Source: Balanoglossus misakiensis (lineage: Eukaryota > Animalia > Hemichordata). From it: 64,000 bases of DNA. Both the position numbers and the translations under genes were made by a program. Numbering within the stretch: the first letter of the stretch is position 1; each line of letters begins with the position of its first letter. Location: contig CM082591.2 of NCBI GenBank assembly GCA_040954595.2, forward strand, positions 582,518 through 646,517, given 5' to 3'. Under the pieces are notes generated by a model. It did no database searches, was not told the origin of the DNA, and saw nothing but the letters and a program-made list of their open reading frames with translations. Positions 12,055 through 25,800 of the stretch are shown one piece after another.

Positions 12055-14813
12055 ATGCAAAGACGACGATTGGCGAACTCCTCAAGCGCTAACATGCACA
12101 CGTGCTTGACATTTTAGTCACAATTGTTTTCTTCTGTTGCGTTGCGGTCAGAGTGTATTTGACTGTCATTTGCTTTCCTGGATGGAATGTTGTTACAGAG
12201 CGAACATAGAATTTAAAAGAGAGTAGTTTATCAGTCATCATATAATTGATATATTATTGTACCGTTCAAAGTATTTAAAAGTCTTCAGATATATTTATCT
12301 TTGTAGAGTAAATCTGCTTTGGGCTGACTCAATGCCTATTGTACCTTGAGTGAAAGTAGTAAGATCGTAACCCCAGATACAACTTATCTTAACTGGCATC
12401 TACGGCACTGTTCTTTGTAGTTGTACACTTGTAAATAAGCTGGGGGTAATATAAAGCAAGTTTCCCGTTCCAGATACCCATGACGCTTTGCGCGAGGTCG
12501 CGGGGTCAGAAGGTAAAACTTGAGGTCACCACCACCACCCCCACCACTAATTGTACTGTGAATAATGCTTGTACTACTAGGCATATATTTCAGAGAGTAA
12601 TACACTACTTGATTAACCATACATTTAATAAGCATACGTTGTTGTACTACTTTAGACAGAAAGACAATTGCTAGAGCTATACATTGTATTTCCATCATAT
12701 TCTGTTACTGCCATTGGGATATCTGTAAACGTGTACCTATCAAACATTAAATCATGGAAGTATATTTGAACCGTATTTGCTTCAGTGCTTTAGATTGGAG
12801 GGCAATGTGCAGCCGAATTATCGATGGTCTTTTCTCTGAAGGTTACCGTAATCACATGCAGCAGCTGTTGTACACAAAAACGCGTATGCAAACTAAAAGA
12901 CAGCGTACCCCCGCTCAATAACGTCATATTGTCTTGCGTTCACGATTGGTCAACTGTTGTTCGAGGGTATTCAACATGTAGGCCTACATGCCCTCTGATT
13001 CGCCCTAAAGATTCGAACAGATCATGAATATTTAATCGGTCGCACCTGTCTAATACATCGAAAGATTCACTCTTCTCTACTTTTTACATGGGAACTGAAC
13101 TAAATTGAAGAGGCCATTAACATTTGCCTTTTTTAATCGTGAATCTGTAAAAGTCTGATTTAATAATCCTCCGCGCGCGCAGACTCGCGCGGGTGCCATC
13201 ATCAGTGGCTCGGCGCGTGTACTTGGCATCACTCGCTCAAGTCGTGCAGATGACATTTTAGTTTCGTCCACCGAGAAGAGAAACTACAACCCATTATCAT
13301 GCATGGAACATCGACTCTGAAACTAAATTCTTGCATTTTTTATCCCGATCAATAATTGACAAATATCGTCGTTTGATCGTTTTAGTTTAAACCGGTTATA
13401 TCCTGTTTAGAAAGTCTTATCTTCTACCCAAGCGTTCATATTACACAGAGTGATAGGAAAAAGCCTGTAAGATTTTCAACCATAATGCTATATGTCCGCA
13501 GGCGGGAAGTAAACTGAATAGAAAAACTTCTTTCATATTTCCTCGCGAAAAAGTATTCTTATTACCCAGAAAACAACTTTCGTCTATAGCGATTTGATTG
13601 TCAAGATTTCGGATTGAATCTGACGGCAATAGGCCTGATAATTGTTGCGACTGCGCCCATGAATAGGCAAGAATAGAAAATGATAAAATTTGAATCATTG
13701 ATGACGCACATTTAATAAAAAAAGAAAGAACACTTATCTCAAACCGCTACCTTTGAAGAAAAACGCTTCGTTTTGTAAGAAAAAAGGCACTCTCTTTATT
13801 CCCGGCAATTCCGAAAATTGAAATTTACTTTTTTTGTGGAAATATCCATTCAAGATCAGACTTTTTTGTTGATTGTTGCGTTGGCGCATTTCGAAGTGGA
13901 GATTTTCTGTGTATGAGTGTAGACCGCGCCGCAGGCATTTTGTCGTTTTTGTGACTCGCTTGCCTTATCGTTAGTCTTGAGAGCGCTTGCAGAAACTTTG
14001 CAATTTTCAGACGATTTTCCGAAAATCCCGTCACGGGATTTCGTTTGTGTTTCTTTCTGTCAATTCAGAGTCCTGAGATAGTAACCATAAAAATCTAAGA
14101 GTTCGCAAAACAGTTCTTCTTCCAAGAAAACATTTCCTTGCAAAGTTGATAAATACGATGTGCATTAATACAACATTTATGCGCCAAGTTATTTCCATGA
14201 AAAGGGTTTTATTTGTAGTTTTTGGTCATTCTCCATCCCTCTTTCCCTTGATATAACTGCGAAAACGGAAAATATTAAACTTTGGTCATATTATTATCAC
14301 AAGTAACGAGATAATTGCGAAATTACATATAAAGCCGAGATCTATAGCTAGATAAGCAGTATTATAAAAAAGGAAAATTGTTTTTCAAAATATGAGAGTC
14401 TCGGTAATTTGCAAACTGCTCAAGTCCGACACATGGCGCACCCCATGTGTACAGACCTAGGTTCAGATATTGTGTTCACTTTGTAATTACGTATAGTTTG
14501 ATTACGTTCAATTTATAGCCAGGCAATTAATTCTTCTCTTTAATTAAACTGAAGCGTCCGTGCGGAGACCATGACGTTTTTGTGATGCGACGCGATGGCA
14601 ACAGGAATATGTCCATATGTTTCTCGATTTATATTTGAAAGATTTTTTTTCATGGTTGTTTCTGCAGGCTGTGGGTGTAATGACACCGTCAACTGCTCTG
14701 TTGACTTTTTACTTTGAAATACGGGCGCCGCCGAAGGGCATAGCGGTTTGACACAAAGATGGAACGAGTATCGGAGAGTTTGCTAGTTCACGAAGTTTAG
14801 GAGAGCGACTTCA

Positions 14814-14880
14814 GGGAAGAGAGACAGGTAAGGAGGGAGGGAGAGGGAGAGAGAGAGAGGCAAACATACAGAGAGGGAAG
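14814..14880 (+). repeat. GA-rich purine tract
   Basis: Imperfect (GA)n/GGA run. Confidence 0.75.
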
Positions 14881-15203
14881 CGTGTAGAGACAGGAAGCTG
14901 CCGCGAGTATAGTCGAGAAACAGACAAAAAAGAATAAATGGCCGCGGGGAATTTGAACGCGTCTCCATCGAGGACGTTCTCTAAATAAGAATTGCTCAAC
15001 AATTTAATTGGAGTTCACCCACCGGAAGATTTCTCCTCCGATCGATGGTTCCGATCGTCAAATTGATTGATTCGACGGTGGGGATGAATTTATTTACACA
15101 GGGTCTGCACCGGTACTGGCCAAGCCAGCTAAAAGTACCAAACTAAAACTGTGCAAAATCTGTCTTGCCAACAACTAAAGTGCAAATGACCTGGGGTTAT
15201 TCT

Positions 15204-15248
15204 AAATATGGAAAAAAGTCTATATTTAAAATATGGAAAAAAGTCTAT
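15204..15248 (+). repeat. Local duplication of a 20-mer
   Basis: AAATATGGAAAAAAGTCTAT at 15204-15223 and 15229-15248. Confidence 0.9.
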
Positions 15249-16450
15249 GTTTGACATTCTGGTAATTAACTTTAAAATAAGAGGGTATTTCGCTTACTAA
15301 ACATAACGCGTTTACAGTGCAATTACTCCAATAGCAAATTCTGGTATAATTGTGTTTTTGTGTCTTCTAGTTAAATTATTTCACCAAGTCCTCAACATTT
15401 GGCCATCCATAATGCGCATATCCATTTAGATACAAACTCTATATTCTCTAGATTTACTCATTATTCGTATATCACTTACGGCCGGTTATTTATCAAATTT
15501 GAAGCCCCCCTTCGCAGTGATCGTCCGGCCTTGTGGACATCAAGAGATAAAGTGAAAGTTGTCTCGGGTGAAAATAAAGCTGTTCTAGAAGCGAGCAGAG
15601 TTTCTGAAATATGATACTTGGTCTTCCCATTCGCTCTAGGGAACGGCAGCTTATCCGCGTTTCTTGTTAGCTCTTACACATCGCCGTATGTTCAAAACTA
15701 CATGGATTTGGAAATAGACTCCAATTCTGAACATCCGTTAAAGTCAACGATATTAAATACTTGCATGATGCTTCTCCGTGTTTCTCTCTCAGATGCGCGC
15801 TATGGGCGTATAAAATTGTGTTGCCGTTAGGTCGCAATACTTAAAGAAGAACAGAATAGTATCACATAATTTTTCTATACATGTTCGGGTGTTTGCAATA
15901 CGCACATTTATTAATTCTAGTGCTAATGTTACTTGTAAAGCAATTATAGCTTCTGTTTTACAGAAACGAAAATGTCGTGAACAAATTTACTTTGTTGTTA
16001 ATAATTAAAGTAGACACAACACAGTGCAATTTTGTAGAATTCTCTCCAACGGAGCATAATTTTTAATTATCCAGAGCATATATAGATAATTAAAAATAAA
16101 TTACTAGGATTTTGTTAATGTCAAGCCTTCATGATTATTAATCAATATAATATAAAGGAGTGGTGACGTTTCTACGTTGCCGTGAGCGATGGAAACAAAT
16201 TTGAAAATGATGAGTTAGATGACTGGCGGCGATGGGCGGCGCTGTGTTGACGCAGGTTTGTCTTCTGCTCGTCCGATGACCACTAATCGACGCATCGGCG
16301 AGGGGAGTGCTGTATTCTTAGTCGGAAAGGGGATTCCTTGAAGCGGGGTTCGGGAGGGATACTTTAGATTGTAATGTTGAATGTGATAGTTGCTGTGACG
16401 AGTACGGGGAAACAGTTGTCGGTTACTATGATGATGATTGCGACGATGCG

Positions 16451-16527
16451 ATAGAGGGAGACAGATATGGGAGAGAGACAGAGAGAGATACAGGGAGAGA
16501 GAGAGGGGGAGAGAGAGAAAAAAGAGA
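16451..16527 (+). repeat. GA-rich purine tract
   Basis: Imperfect (GA)n. Confidence 0.8.
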
Positions 16528-18963
16528 TTACCTCGACAGATGGCTGCAGTCATCCACCAGAACCGCAAGGTGCAATTTAGAATAAAAGTTGCAAAATCTA
16601 TAAATTGGCCACAAAACCTAAAGGGAAAGATCTCATTGATTTATGTAGAAAAAAGTTGAGACACACGTAAATATTATTAGTAATCAAATCGGACAATAAT
16701 AATTAACAGCTGGTAGGACTACACCAATTTCAAACTGCACTTAGAACTCCTAGAACATAAAAACACTGCGAGGATATCTCAACACACGCACGGCTGCACC
16801 GAACAATAGAGAGTAATAATAATAATTTATTCATTGTCCATTACTCTGCTCCCATGGTGATCCGAGTCAATTAAGATTTTTGCCAGTTAGGCGCGCCAAC
16901 TCACCCGGTACGGATTTCAGACAAGCGACCACAAGAAAGCGACACCTCTGCGTGAACTTTGTTGCTCCATATGTCACATTAATGAAATAAACAAGAGTGA
17001 CATGATACATTTGATGATTTCAGCTCATGTATATTTCACACTATAAGATAACACACAACATTAAGTTTTTGAAAGCACATCCAGGCGAACACGACCGTCA
17101 ATACAGTTAACTTTGATGAACAGGTCATGTGACATCCTAATTTCGCTGTTGATTTCGCCAGAATGCCCCCGCACATATCAATTAAGTACAATCTATAATT
17201 AAGTTCATGAAAAAATTATATGATTTAATTGACGAGGCGTTTGCTTTTCTGTTATTCGAATGATCGTTACAAGCCGGCCGATTTTTCTGGGTAGTCAACT
17301 TCCAGGACTGTCGTTTTTATTTTAGATTTTCTCAGAGATGACTCGGTGTCAAGTGATGACCAGCGCAGCGCATGTTAAAAGTTGATTTTAGAAAGAGTGT
17401 GAGAGAGAAAGGGAGAGGGGAGGGGAGAGTTTGTTTCAATAAAAGTTGAATTGAGAGAGGGAGAGATGATGTTCAGCATCACGTAAATTTGATATCGAGG
17501 TCAATGTGACCACTGTTTATTTTGACGGTATAGACACGTGCTCACGAGCACAACATAGATGCGCGTGACGATTTCTGTAAGAAAATATTGCTTCAAAGCT
17601 ACACCTGTTAACAAAATCTCACCATGGAAACTATCACGCCTCAAGCGCTAAACAGTCAGTGAAATCTGAATGAAATTTAATACAGTTTGAAAATGGACAA
17701 CATCGCCTCTGGTTATTTGTCAAGCAGTCCATCAATGTAAGCAAAAGGCTAGCCCCGGCATGGCACGCGACGCAACGACGTGAAACGTACAATTCCCATA
17801 TTTCGAAATTGTTGCTAAGCCTTCCTTGCGCCCCGTGAATAGTACTATAGTAAAAGATTCACTGCGGGTTATACACCGAAAACACTGAAATCTGCCTTAA
17901 TAATTCATAAACAAAAAAGCTTTTAGTCTCTCCATATCGGGTTTCATGGATTGTAACTGTTCCCTTTTTCATCTCAAGATCCGCAGTGGTGGAAAGGCTA
18001 CACACTAAGTCAAAGATTTCTTTTGTCTTAGAGTAGAACACAGTAAAACGTTCTCAAAGAAAATAAAAAGGTAGAATAAATAATTGTTTTTCATAATATG
18101 TCATGGTAACTATAAATGGAAACTTTGTCTCCATCTATAGCGGAGCGTTTTAATTTTGAAATGGTCAAATCAACAATAGCAACGCCGAGAATACATTTTA
18201 TTGAGGCTGAAAACAGAATGCTCGTTTCTATTTGCGATTTTGAAACCCTCATGATCTATTTGGAGATTTGACGTGAAACTGGGTTTTCCTTGAAGATTTA
18301 TTGAGGCATTGTGAAGCGACGCCAGTGCAAGCGCTGGACGAAAATAAAATGATGCAACATATGTTTCAATAAAAGAGATCAACTGTGCGGGTATTACGTG
18401 TTTTCTTTTAAATACATATAGTAAACCACAAACTAGAAATAACTTTTATTAACTTTATATTTAAGTTTGTGTACACGACACGTTTAATATAGTTTTTGTC
18501 GATAAACGTTGCCACCACGCCCAGCCAATGTATACACCTTTTAGTTATACTGGTCCAAATTGCAAAACTATTGCGGCATGGCAATTTTGTGTATTGAAAT
18601 ATTAAGCCACACTGGCTTTTAAACAAGAAAACTGGCAATATCTGCAAAAAGTTTTTTTTCTATTATTCTATTAAAGGGGTGTCTTGGTAATGGTGGTTTC
18701 TGTTGACGTTCGAGAACGAGGCTGACGACTTGCAAATTTAATAGATATACTTTGTATATAGTGTGGTTTTGGTGATAATACTGTATTCGCTTCTTGATGT
18801 ACACAACTATTAACACTGATCTAACGCATAGTCAATTTTGTTATTTTGCAGGTCCTGCGAAAATGTTGTCAACGCCTGCCCTACATTGTATGATATGCAA
18901 CGTCATCATTAGTAATGAGGTTGGTAATCGGAATAATTTTTAAGAGGCATACCTGTTAATGTT

Positions 18964-19016
18964 ACACACACACACACACACATACATACATACATACATA
19001 CATACACGCACGCATA
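18964..19016 (+). repeat. (CA)n(CATA)n compound microsatellite
   Basis: Uninterrupted purine-pyrimidine alternation of about 50 bp. Confidence 0.9.
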
Positions 19017-19763
19017 GGCTATATATACATGTATGTGTGTTTGTGCGTGTGCTCAGATTCAGATTCTTGGAAGCACGGTACATTTGAATATTGAGAAAAT
19101 TGAGCAAACGAACAGTCCTTCAGTCGTTGAAGCGCGAAAGGAACTCGGGCGCATTTCCGATTCATAATTGATGGAGTAGTTCATTAAACGAATGAGCTCC
19201 AAACACAAAATAGCGGGACTATCACACGGAAAGACGACGCGTTAAGTTGTTTGCTTGACTTGCACTCTTTCGCGTCCCAGAAGACACTTCGCCATCATCC
19301 CGAGCACAGCGCACCACTCGGCCATCGCGGACTCGATCGAAGTTGCAATGTAATTTATTATTAAACAAGTTATCGCCCGGTGGCATGTCGGGCAGAGGCA
19401 TATAGCTGAGCCGGTAGAGCGTCATCTGCATTCGCCAGTTATTGCACACGAATTCAGACCGCTTAGTTTTTGCAGCGCGTGGATATTTTGGTCCACAGAT
19501 CCGACGTGGGTTGTTTTTCGCTGGTATCCGGAGGCCGGCCGTAGATCTATATTTGACATTTGGCAGGGAACTGTTGTTTTCTTGTGCTGCGTTCAAAAGA
19601 GGAAACTTCGAATCGCTCCCGCACACCGTTCTCAGTATCGAGGTCTGTTTTGGGCATTTTGTACAAAAACTGCCGATTGGTTTTATTGCACTGTTTGGGC
19701 GATTTCTGGTGATACACCCATCAAGGGGAGACAGTCCGAAGCGACATCTACGACACTGACAAC

Positions 19764-19791
19764 ATGAGCTCCAGACGGCGAGGAAATGAAG
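19764..19791 (+). CDS. LMO1: LMO1/3 candidate distal first coding exon (1a)
   Basis: acaacATG context, MSSRRRGNE+G, donor G|GTAGGT in phase 1, matching the phase-1 acceptor at 35298 (gives ...NE-D-KVEILD). Preceded by about 550 nt of CpG-rich leader. Confidence 0.55.
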
Positions 19792-22751
19792 GTAGGTTAA
19801 CCGTAGCAATTATCTATCATACCGCACAAATATTTACAAACTACGTTCTTATTAATGTGTCGCGATAGGCCCTCTTAAACTTGCCGATAGACAATATTAC
19901 ACCCAACGACTGGCGACCTAACATTTCCGACACGCTCGCCGGGAGATCGATGATGAGGAACAGCGATCGCAACACAGTTACCGGAGAACTGTGCAAACCT
20001 TCCGCGGGGGCTTGGCGTCTGTGACCGTGTGGAGCAAAACGCATTCCCGTTCTCGCCATCAATGGGATTCTATCCTTCGGTATTAACATATGCACGTCCC
20101 GCTACAGATAATAAACACAAATTAAACTGACGTTATTCAATTATTTTTGCACGCGATAAAACACTCCAATATTTAACGCGTACGCTGTTTTGTAATTGAC
20201 GTACATGTACATTCGAGGTCAACGTTGTATCGCGTTGCGTTTATTGTGGTCCTTCGATATTTGAATATCGTTATAGTTGACGACGGGTATTGCCGACCAC
20301 GCACCCTGTTGGGACTACAGGAAGATTAACGCAAATAGGGACGGATATTTCATTTAATTGTCTTCTACTTTAGAGAATTTAACTGTCCATCCTTATTACA
20401 ATGATAGTTACTTGACAGAATTAGAAGATTGTCCAATTACTTTTGGATGATGAGCACTTCAGTCGGCCATGGACTGCGCTGTACTCGACGTGGTCTACCG
20501 AATTTCGGCGCTGTTTGACTTCTTTGTTTAAACAATCATAAATTTAAATTCCACAGTAACAGTTCGATTTTAGTGACATTTAAGTTAAACCCAATTCACA
20601 TGAATCACCGGTCGCGAGTACAGCAATTAGAACATAACATGTTAAATTTATAAGCTCGAAGTTATAAAATTACAAGTTGTAAGTCGTATATCAACAGGGG
20701 TGGTCCGTATATTATTAGGCCTAAATTGACAACATTACTGCTTTTGTCCTGAAATGACAATAGTTGATCATATAAAAGTCACCTTGCTAGGTCTTGTCAG
20801 ATTCTAACAAGTACTGTGGGTGGTGAGCTGTGTAAATTGAAATGTTTTTGCCACGTGCGATTTACAACCCCCTTCAAAGCGTCAGTCAGTAGACACGCAC
20901 GCACCACGCGCACGCCCGCACGCACACGCACAGGCCCGGCAAACTGTGAAGCCCCGGCTGATCGCCAAAAGAGACCCATGCCAGACTTAGATACATAACA
21001 AGGGAAATCTGTACATAAGGGTTATCCACTACCCATGCGGCCTTGCGCCCAGACTCCGTACATGCCACGTTTACAGTTAGATTTCCATTCTGTTCATAAC
21101 AGCGTAAGTTGCTTGGAAGCGCGCTGATATCAGATTTATAATTTGAAAAGAACTAACCCACTCCAATTCAACTACGATGCCAAATCATTCTCTGAGCGGA
21201 GAGACTTGGCATAGAAATAACAGAAGATACAGAATAGGCAGTTATACAAAATTCATACTTTAATTTCGTCGAATCGAAAATAACTCTTTTCAAATAGTCG
21301 TTATAATCTCGGCGTCTATGACTCGAAAAATGCATTTTCATGGCTTATTGATTTGATCGAGTCGATATAGTGCCTTCATTTGAGTAATGAAATTCCTGAA
21401 ACGGTGAAGTCAAAGTTGGGGCCAAGCAATATGCGATATTGCAATGTACACAACCAGTTTTAAAGCCATGAAATATACAAATCAATTAAGGTGAGTGAAG
21501 CCATTACGATATGCAAATACGCGGAGTAATCCATTTCTGAAGTAATGAACGAGCTATCTGCTTCTTTCACCCAACTGTTGGTGTATGCTCCCCTTAACAG
21601 AGTGGGTTAAATGGACGTATGCGGGTACAATCTCTTGACATAATATTTTGTATTATTCTATCGTGTTAAAAGTTATGTAGATACCGTTCTACTAACAAAA
21701 AAACTCGTTGATCTGTTGGCAAGGAGGGCATGTTTCATTCTCTGCAAGAAATTCCTGATGACGTAATTGTTGTACATACCAGAAAACCCAGGTGTACTAC
21801 ACTTAACATAAACAAAAAGTCCCGCAAATTTATGAAAAGTGAGCGACTTTAGCCCTTTCATTTAGTTTCTAGTACACGCGCAAAAACTCAACAGTAACTG
21901 ACACTAATTTGCTTAATCTCGCATGCCAAACTCAACGTCTCGTACAATGGTCTCCGGTTCTCTATCTTAACCCAACTTCCAATGCCTTCAGCGTATGCCA
22001 CCCTACCGCACAGTTTTAATTAACTAGTCTCTCTAAGAGTGGCCCATGGCAACGTGCCTCTACCATGTTTTCTGCATGACTTGTCTCTTTCGATTTCATC
22101 ACGAGGAAAAGCGTGTACTCAACTCAGAAATTTTCCCCGCCACTTGTCAATGTAAACAAACCCTTATCATGTAGAGCGAATATCATGTCCTTTAAAACAC
22201 TCGACACAAATTTAATCTCGACATTTTTATAGAAATTCAAGTTAAACCACATCTAACATTGACTCATATTTTAATTACTTTATTGAATTTATTGTAAATT
22301 TGAAAAGTATCTTGACAATAACACAAAGTTGAAATAATTGGCGATACGTATGGAAAAAGTGACTCGTGTGTAAACGACAGCCTCGCTGTGCAGATACAAA
22401 ACTGGTACAAACTACTTTCAAAATCTCATTATCAGGTCATTGTTCAGGATAGCCTGATAGTCGGCCACCAAGAGGAAAATTAACTTTTTTTTTATAAATT
22501 CATTAAAAGTGTTGCTGGTCGTTCTACGAAATAAATTGCTTATGTTAATTGAAAGAGTTTTTTGACAATAGTAACGCGTTCAATCAAAAGTTGCTAACTA
22601 ATTTTCCAATACCACACCCACGCCCGTGTAAATTGATTCGCCAAAATGTCAAATATGATGCAGAGGTGTACAGTAATATGAACACCTACATTCAAAATTG
22701 CTTTTTGGGGTGACGCTTTTACCGTCGTTGAATCTTCGTGACCAGAAAGAT

Positions 22752-22851
22752 GAGAGGAGAGGGAGAGAGTGTGAGGGGAGGGAGAGGGAGAGAGAGGGGG
22801 GAGAGAGAGAGAGGGAGGGGGAGGAGAGGAAAGAATAGAGAAGAGAGAGGG
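22752..22851 (+). repeat. GA-rich purine tract (about 100 bp)
   Basis: Almost pure A/G run; source of several spurious Ser/Pro/Leu ORFs on the minus strand. Confidence 0.85.
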
Positions 22852-25800
22852 CACTCTTCGTGGTGTTGAGTCGGTGTTGCCTGATGCATTGTTCTGTGTA
22901 ATGCGTTTGCATTTGCTGCATGTACTTGGCCACCCATATGATGGCCATCCTATTAAATTGACTTATTAGGAGTAACTCTTCGTGCATGATGGTTATCCAA
23001 AATTAAACAGTGAGTGTAAAGGAGCGGGCTGCTGAAAGTTGATGGTACTCTAAATCTAAAATTAATCAAGATGGTATGTAAATATGATGACACATTCAGT
23101 GGCCGGTCACAAGACCATGTGATGAGGACTGTGAACTAACTGGATCTCTGGTTCGTATTGGTCGTTCCTATCTCTATCGGTTCGCTTCGCTTCATGGATG
23201 GCTTCTGTTGTCTGTCTTTTTGACCTCTGACCTGGTAAAATATGGTTCACAACTGTAGCTTGGAACATCTGTCGTCTGGAAGGAGAACGTACATCGTTGG
23301 TGACGTCACGCCCGATGACGTCTCCTTTCCTCTGTGTACCCTGGAGACAAATTCAATTTACAACAGGGGTGGCCAGGGTGTCCTGGTGGGGGAATATGTT
23401 GTTCCACACAGCTTCTGCAAAGAAAGCTCACCTCGGGATTATTGTACCGAAAACTTCACAACTTTTGGTCAAAAGACCTTGACGTACTTTGAAATTTCCG
23501 ATTAAATAAGACTAACTTGTGCTTAAAATTTGATAATGAACGCATTATGCGTCCTTCAATTCAATCAACACAGAGTTCCCACCTTTTGCAGCTTGCCTCC
23601 CATCTGGTAATTTGCATCTTATTTGCACTTCATTTACAAGCCTATTGTTTCATTTCGCACTTCTGCTCCTCTTTGTTTTGTGATGGCCACACAAAATTTG
23701 AATAGAAGGACAGTTACTTGTAACTTTGCAGACGACAGAATCTCCTGTCGTCCCCTTGAGGTGTAAAGGTCAAACTTACTAGACCACATCATATTTGAAA
23801 TATCACCAATCTACACTTTATGTCAATTGATTGCCAAATGTCACTGTGTGTTATATTACCTACAGCGCTCTGTATGATTTGCACGCATGGACACCATAGC
23901 TGAAAAACCTTATGCAATAAATTTCTGTGTAGTTTAGAAAAGGGTATGAGAAGTTCTGTTGAGTGTAGTCGGACTGGCTTGAACAAACCAACTTCCAAAA
24001 CGCGTGTCAAACGAGCGAAACGGTTGGCACCGCGAGTTTAGAAGAGTTATGGTATTTCAACACGTGCAGACGTATTCGTTTTCAATCTATTTGGTTTCAA
24101 TGTCCAGTGAGAACGCAGCATCGCCCCGGTGGGTCTTCTTTTATCGCAGATACATTCATCACACGAAAGGCCTAGAGACAGTAGTATTTCTGGACGAGTC
24201 AGAGCACCCGAGCTCGTATATTAAATTCCAAGATGCCATCATATTTCGTTTGGCCTAATCGCAACAACATATGTCGTCTGTATAAGCTCCCCCCTTTGCC
24301 TTTCACAAGTCACAAAGTCCCATTGCTGCAAACAATCCATAGGGGATTATTTTACAAAACAAAAAACCTGAGAGACCTTACAAAGTTCTCACTGTAGCAT
24401 CTCCAGGGGTCGCTTATGCTTCGAAATAAAGAAACTCTTTCTTGTTTGTTTCTATTTAACAGAGGTGTTGAAACGCGTCTCGTCGCGCTTCAGTGTGGCT
24501 ATACTGCCGACAGTAATTTTAATTGATATATATCCTCAATTACAACACGTTCCCCATGGACATTTTCATTAAATTAAATTTTACCATCTATACGATAATG
24601 GGTTTTCATCACGCACTTGGTATTTTTGACGTGATCAATGAGCATAGACATTCTGCACGACGTCCTATTATCAATACATACAGTATTGTGTGTATGTGCG
24701 TGTACATGTATGTCTGTGTGTCTGTGTCTGTGTTACTTGGCCATAACACAGACATTTCAGATGTTCGTATAGATACAATTCAAACCACTTTAAGTCTATA
24801 CTTCTGACGGGGTTCTGGTGCGTGTGCCATGATATCAAGTAAAGTCTATGTCGAATAAAAGACACTGCAGTTTCAAAGGACAAATTAAGGTACGATTGTC
24901 TGGTAAAAAGGTCAGAAACATTTCTAGATATTTCCGGCAGATTCCTGGAATGTTCTAATCATTGTCTTACGTGACAGCATACACGTAACAGTCAGGTTTC
25001 CACGTTGTAGATCTAAACGGGTCTGAACACATGTACTATTTTCATCTGATGAACTGATCTGAAACCGATCAATCGATGGCCAAAATTGTTCCGTTACATA
25101 CTACTGAGTTAATTAATATCCGGTTTGAATTTTAACTAAACAATTGTCTCGCGCTAAAACTCGAATAAAACTCACCAATTTGGAACCGTTCAGCGGAATA
25201 GCTAGAGGATTCGTGTGAAGTCCCAAACAGTCATAGTTAATTCATGAGTAGGTCGGGCGGGATATATACAGGGTTATGAAATTAAGCACTTTTTGCCAAC
25301 GGGGTTCTCTTCATTGAAAAGGCTCCTCTCGAGGGATCAACGCCTCGCGGCCAATTTCTTTTCTTTGGTGACTTTACAATCTACGGCTCTAAAGGTTTAC
25401 AAACGATATTGAAAACCATATCCATGTTTTCACCCTTCCGCTGCAAAAAAGTCTTGTCTGTGCAACTCCTTTTCGGAGAGTAAAACATTCCCCGTTCTTA
25501 TCAGTATTTTTATTGGAGTCTACATTTATCTGCGGCCACCATCATCTCTACTTTACAAATGTTTTCGTCCATCGTTCATAATCATATCTCCCCATTCTCG
25601 ATTCTGTGATTCAGCTAACTTAGATAGAGAATTAGGGACAGAGACAGAGTTGTCAAGCAACCTGAATAACCCCTCTTGCCAAATTGAAATCAGCAAACAA
25701 GATTTTGCACCAAATCCCTGAAAAGTAACTGCTCCGTGAAGCAGTGCGATATCAGACAGAAACACGGCGTTCAAATCGGGCAGCGTCCGCGACGACGCAA

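Noticed and set aside
19222-19809. 195-aa minus-strand ORF
   Set aside because: No ATG start or domain; overlaps the GC-rich leader of LMO exon 1a, where long open frames arise by chance.
20457-20482. REST/RE1-like sequence TTCAGTCGGCCATGGACTGCGCT
   Set aside because: Wrong spacing and several mismatches to the RE1 consensus.
23242-23505. 87-aa ORF with coding-like GC content
   Set aside because: No recognisable homology or splice partners; contains CRE sites (TGACGTCA at 23301) and is more plausibly regulatory.
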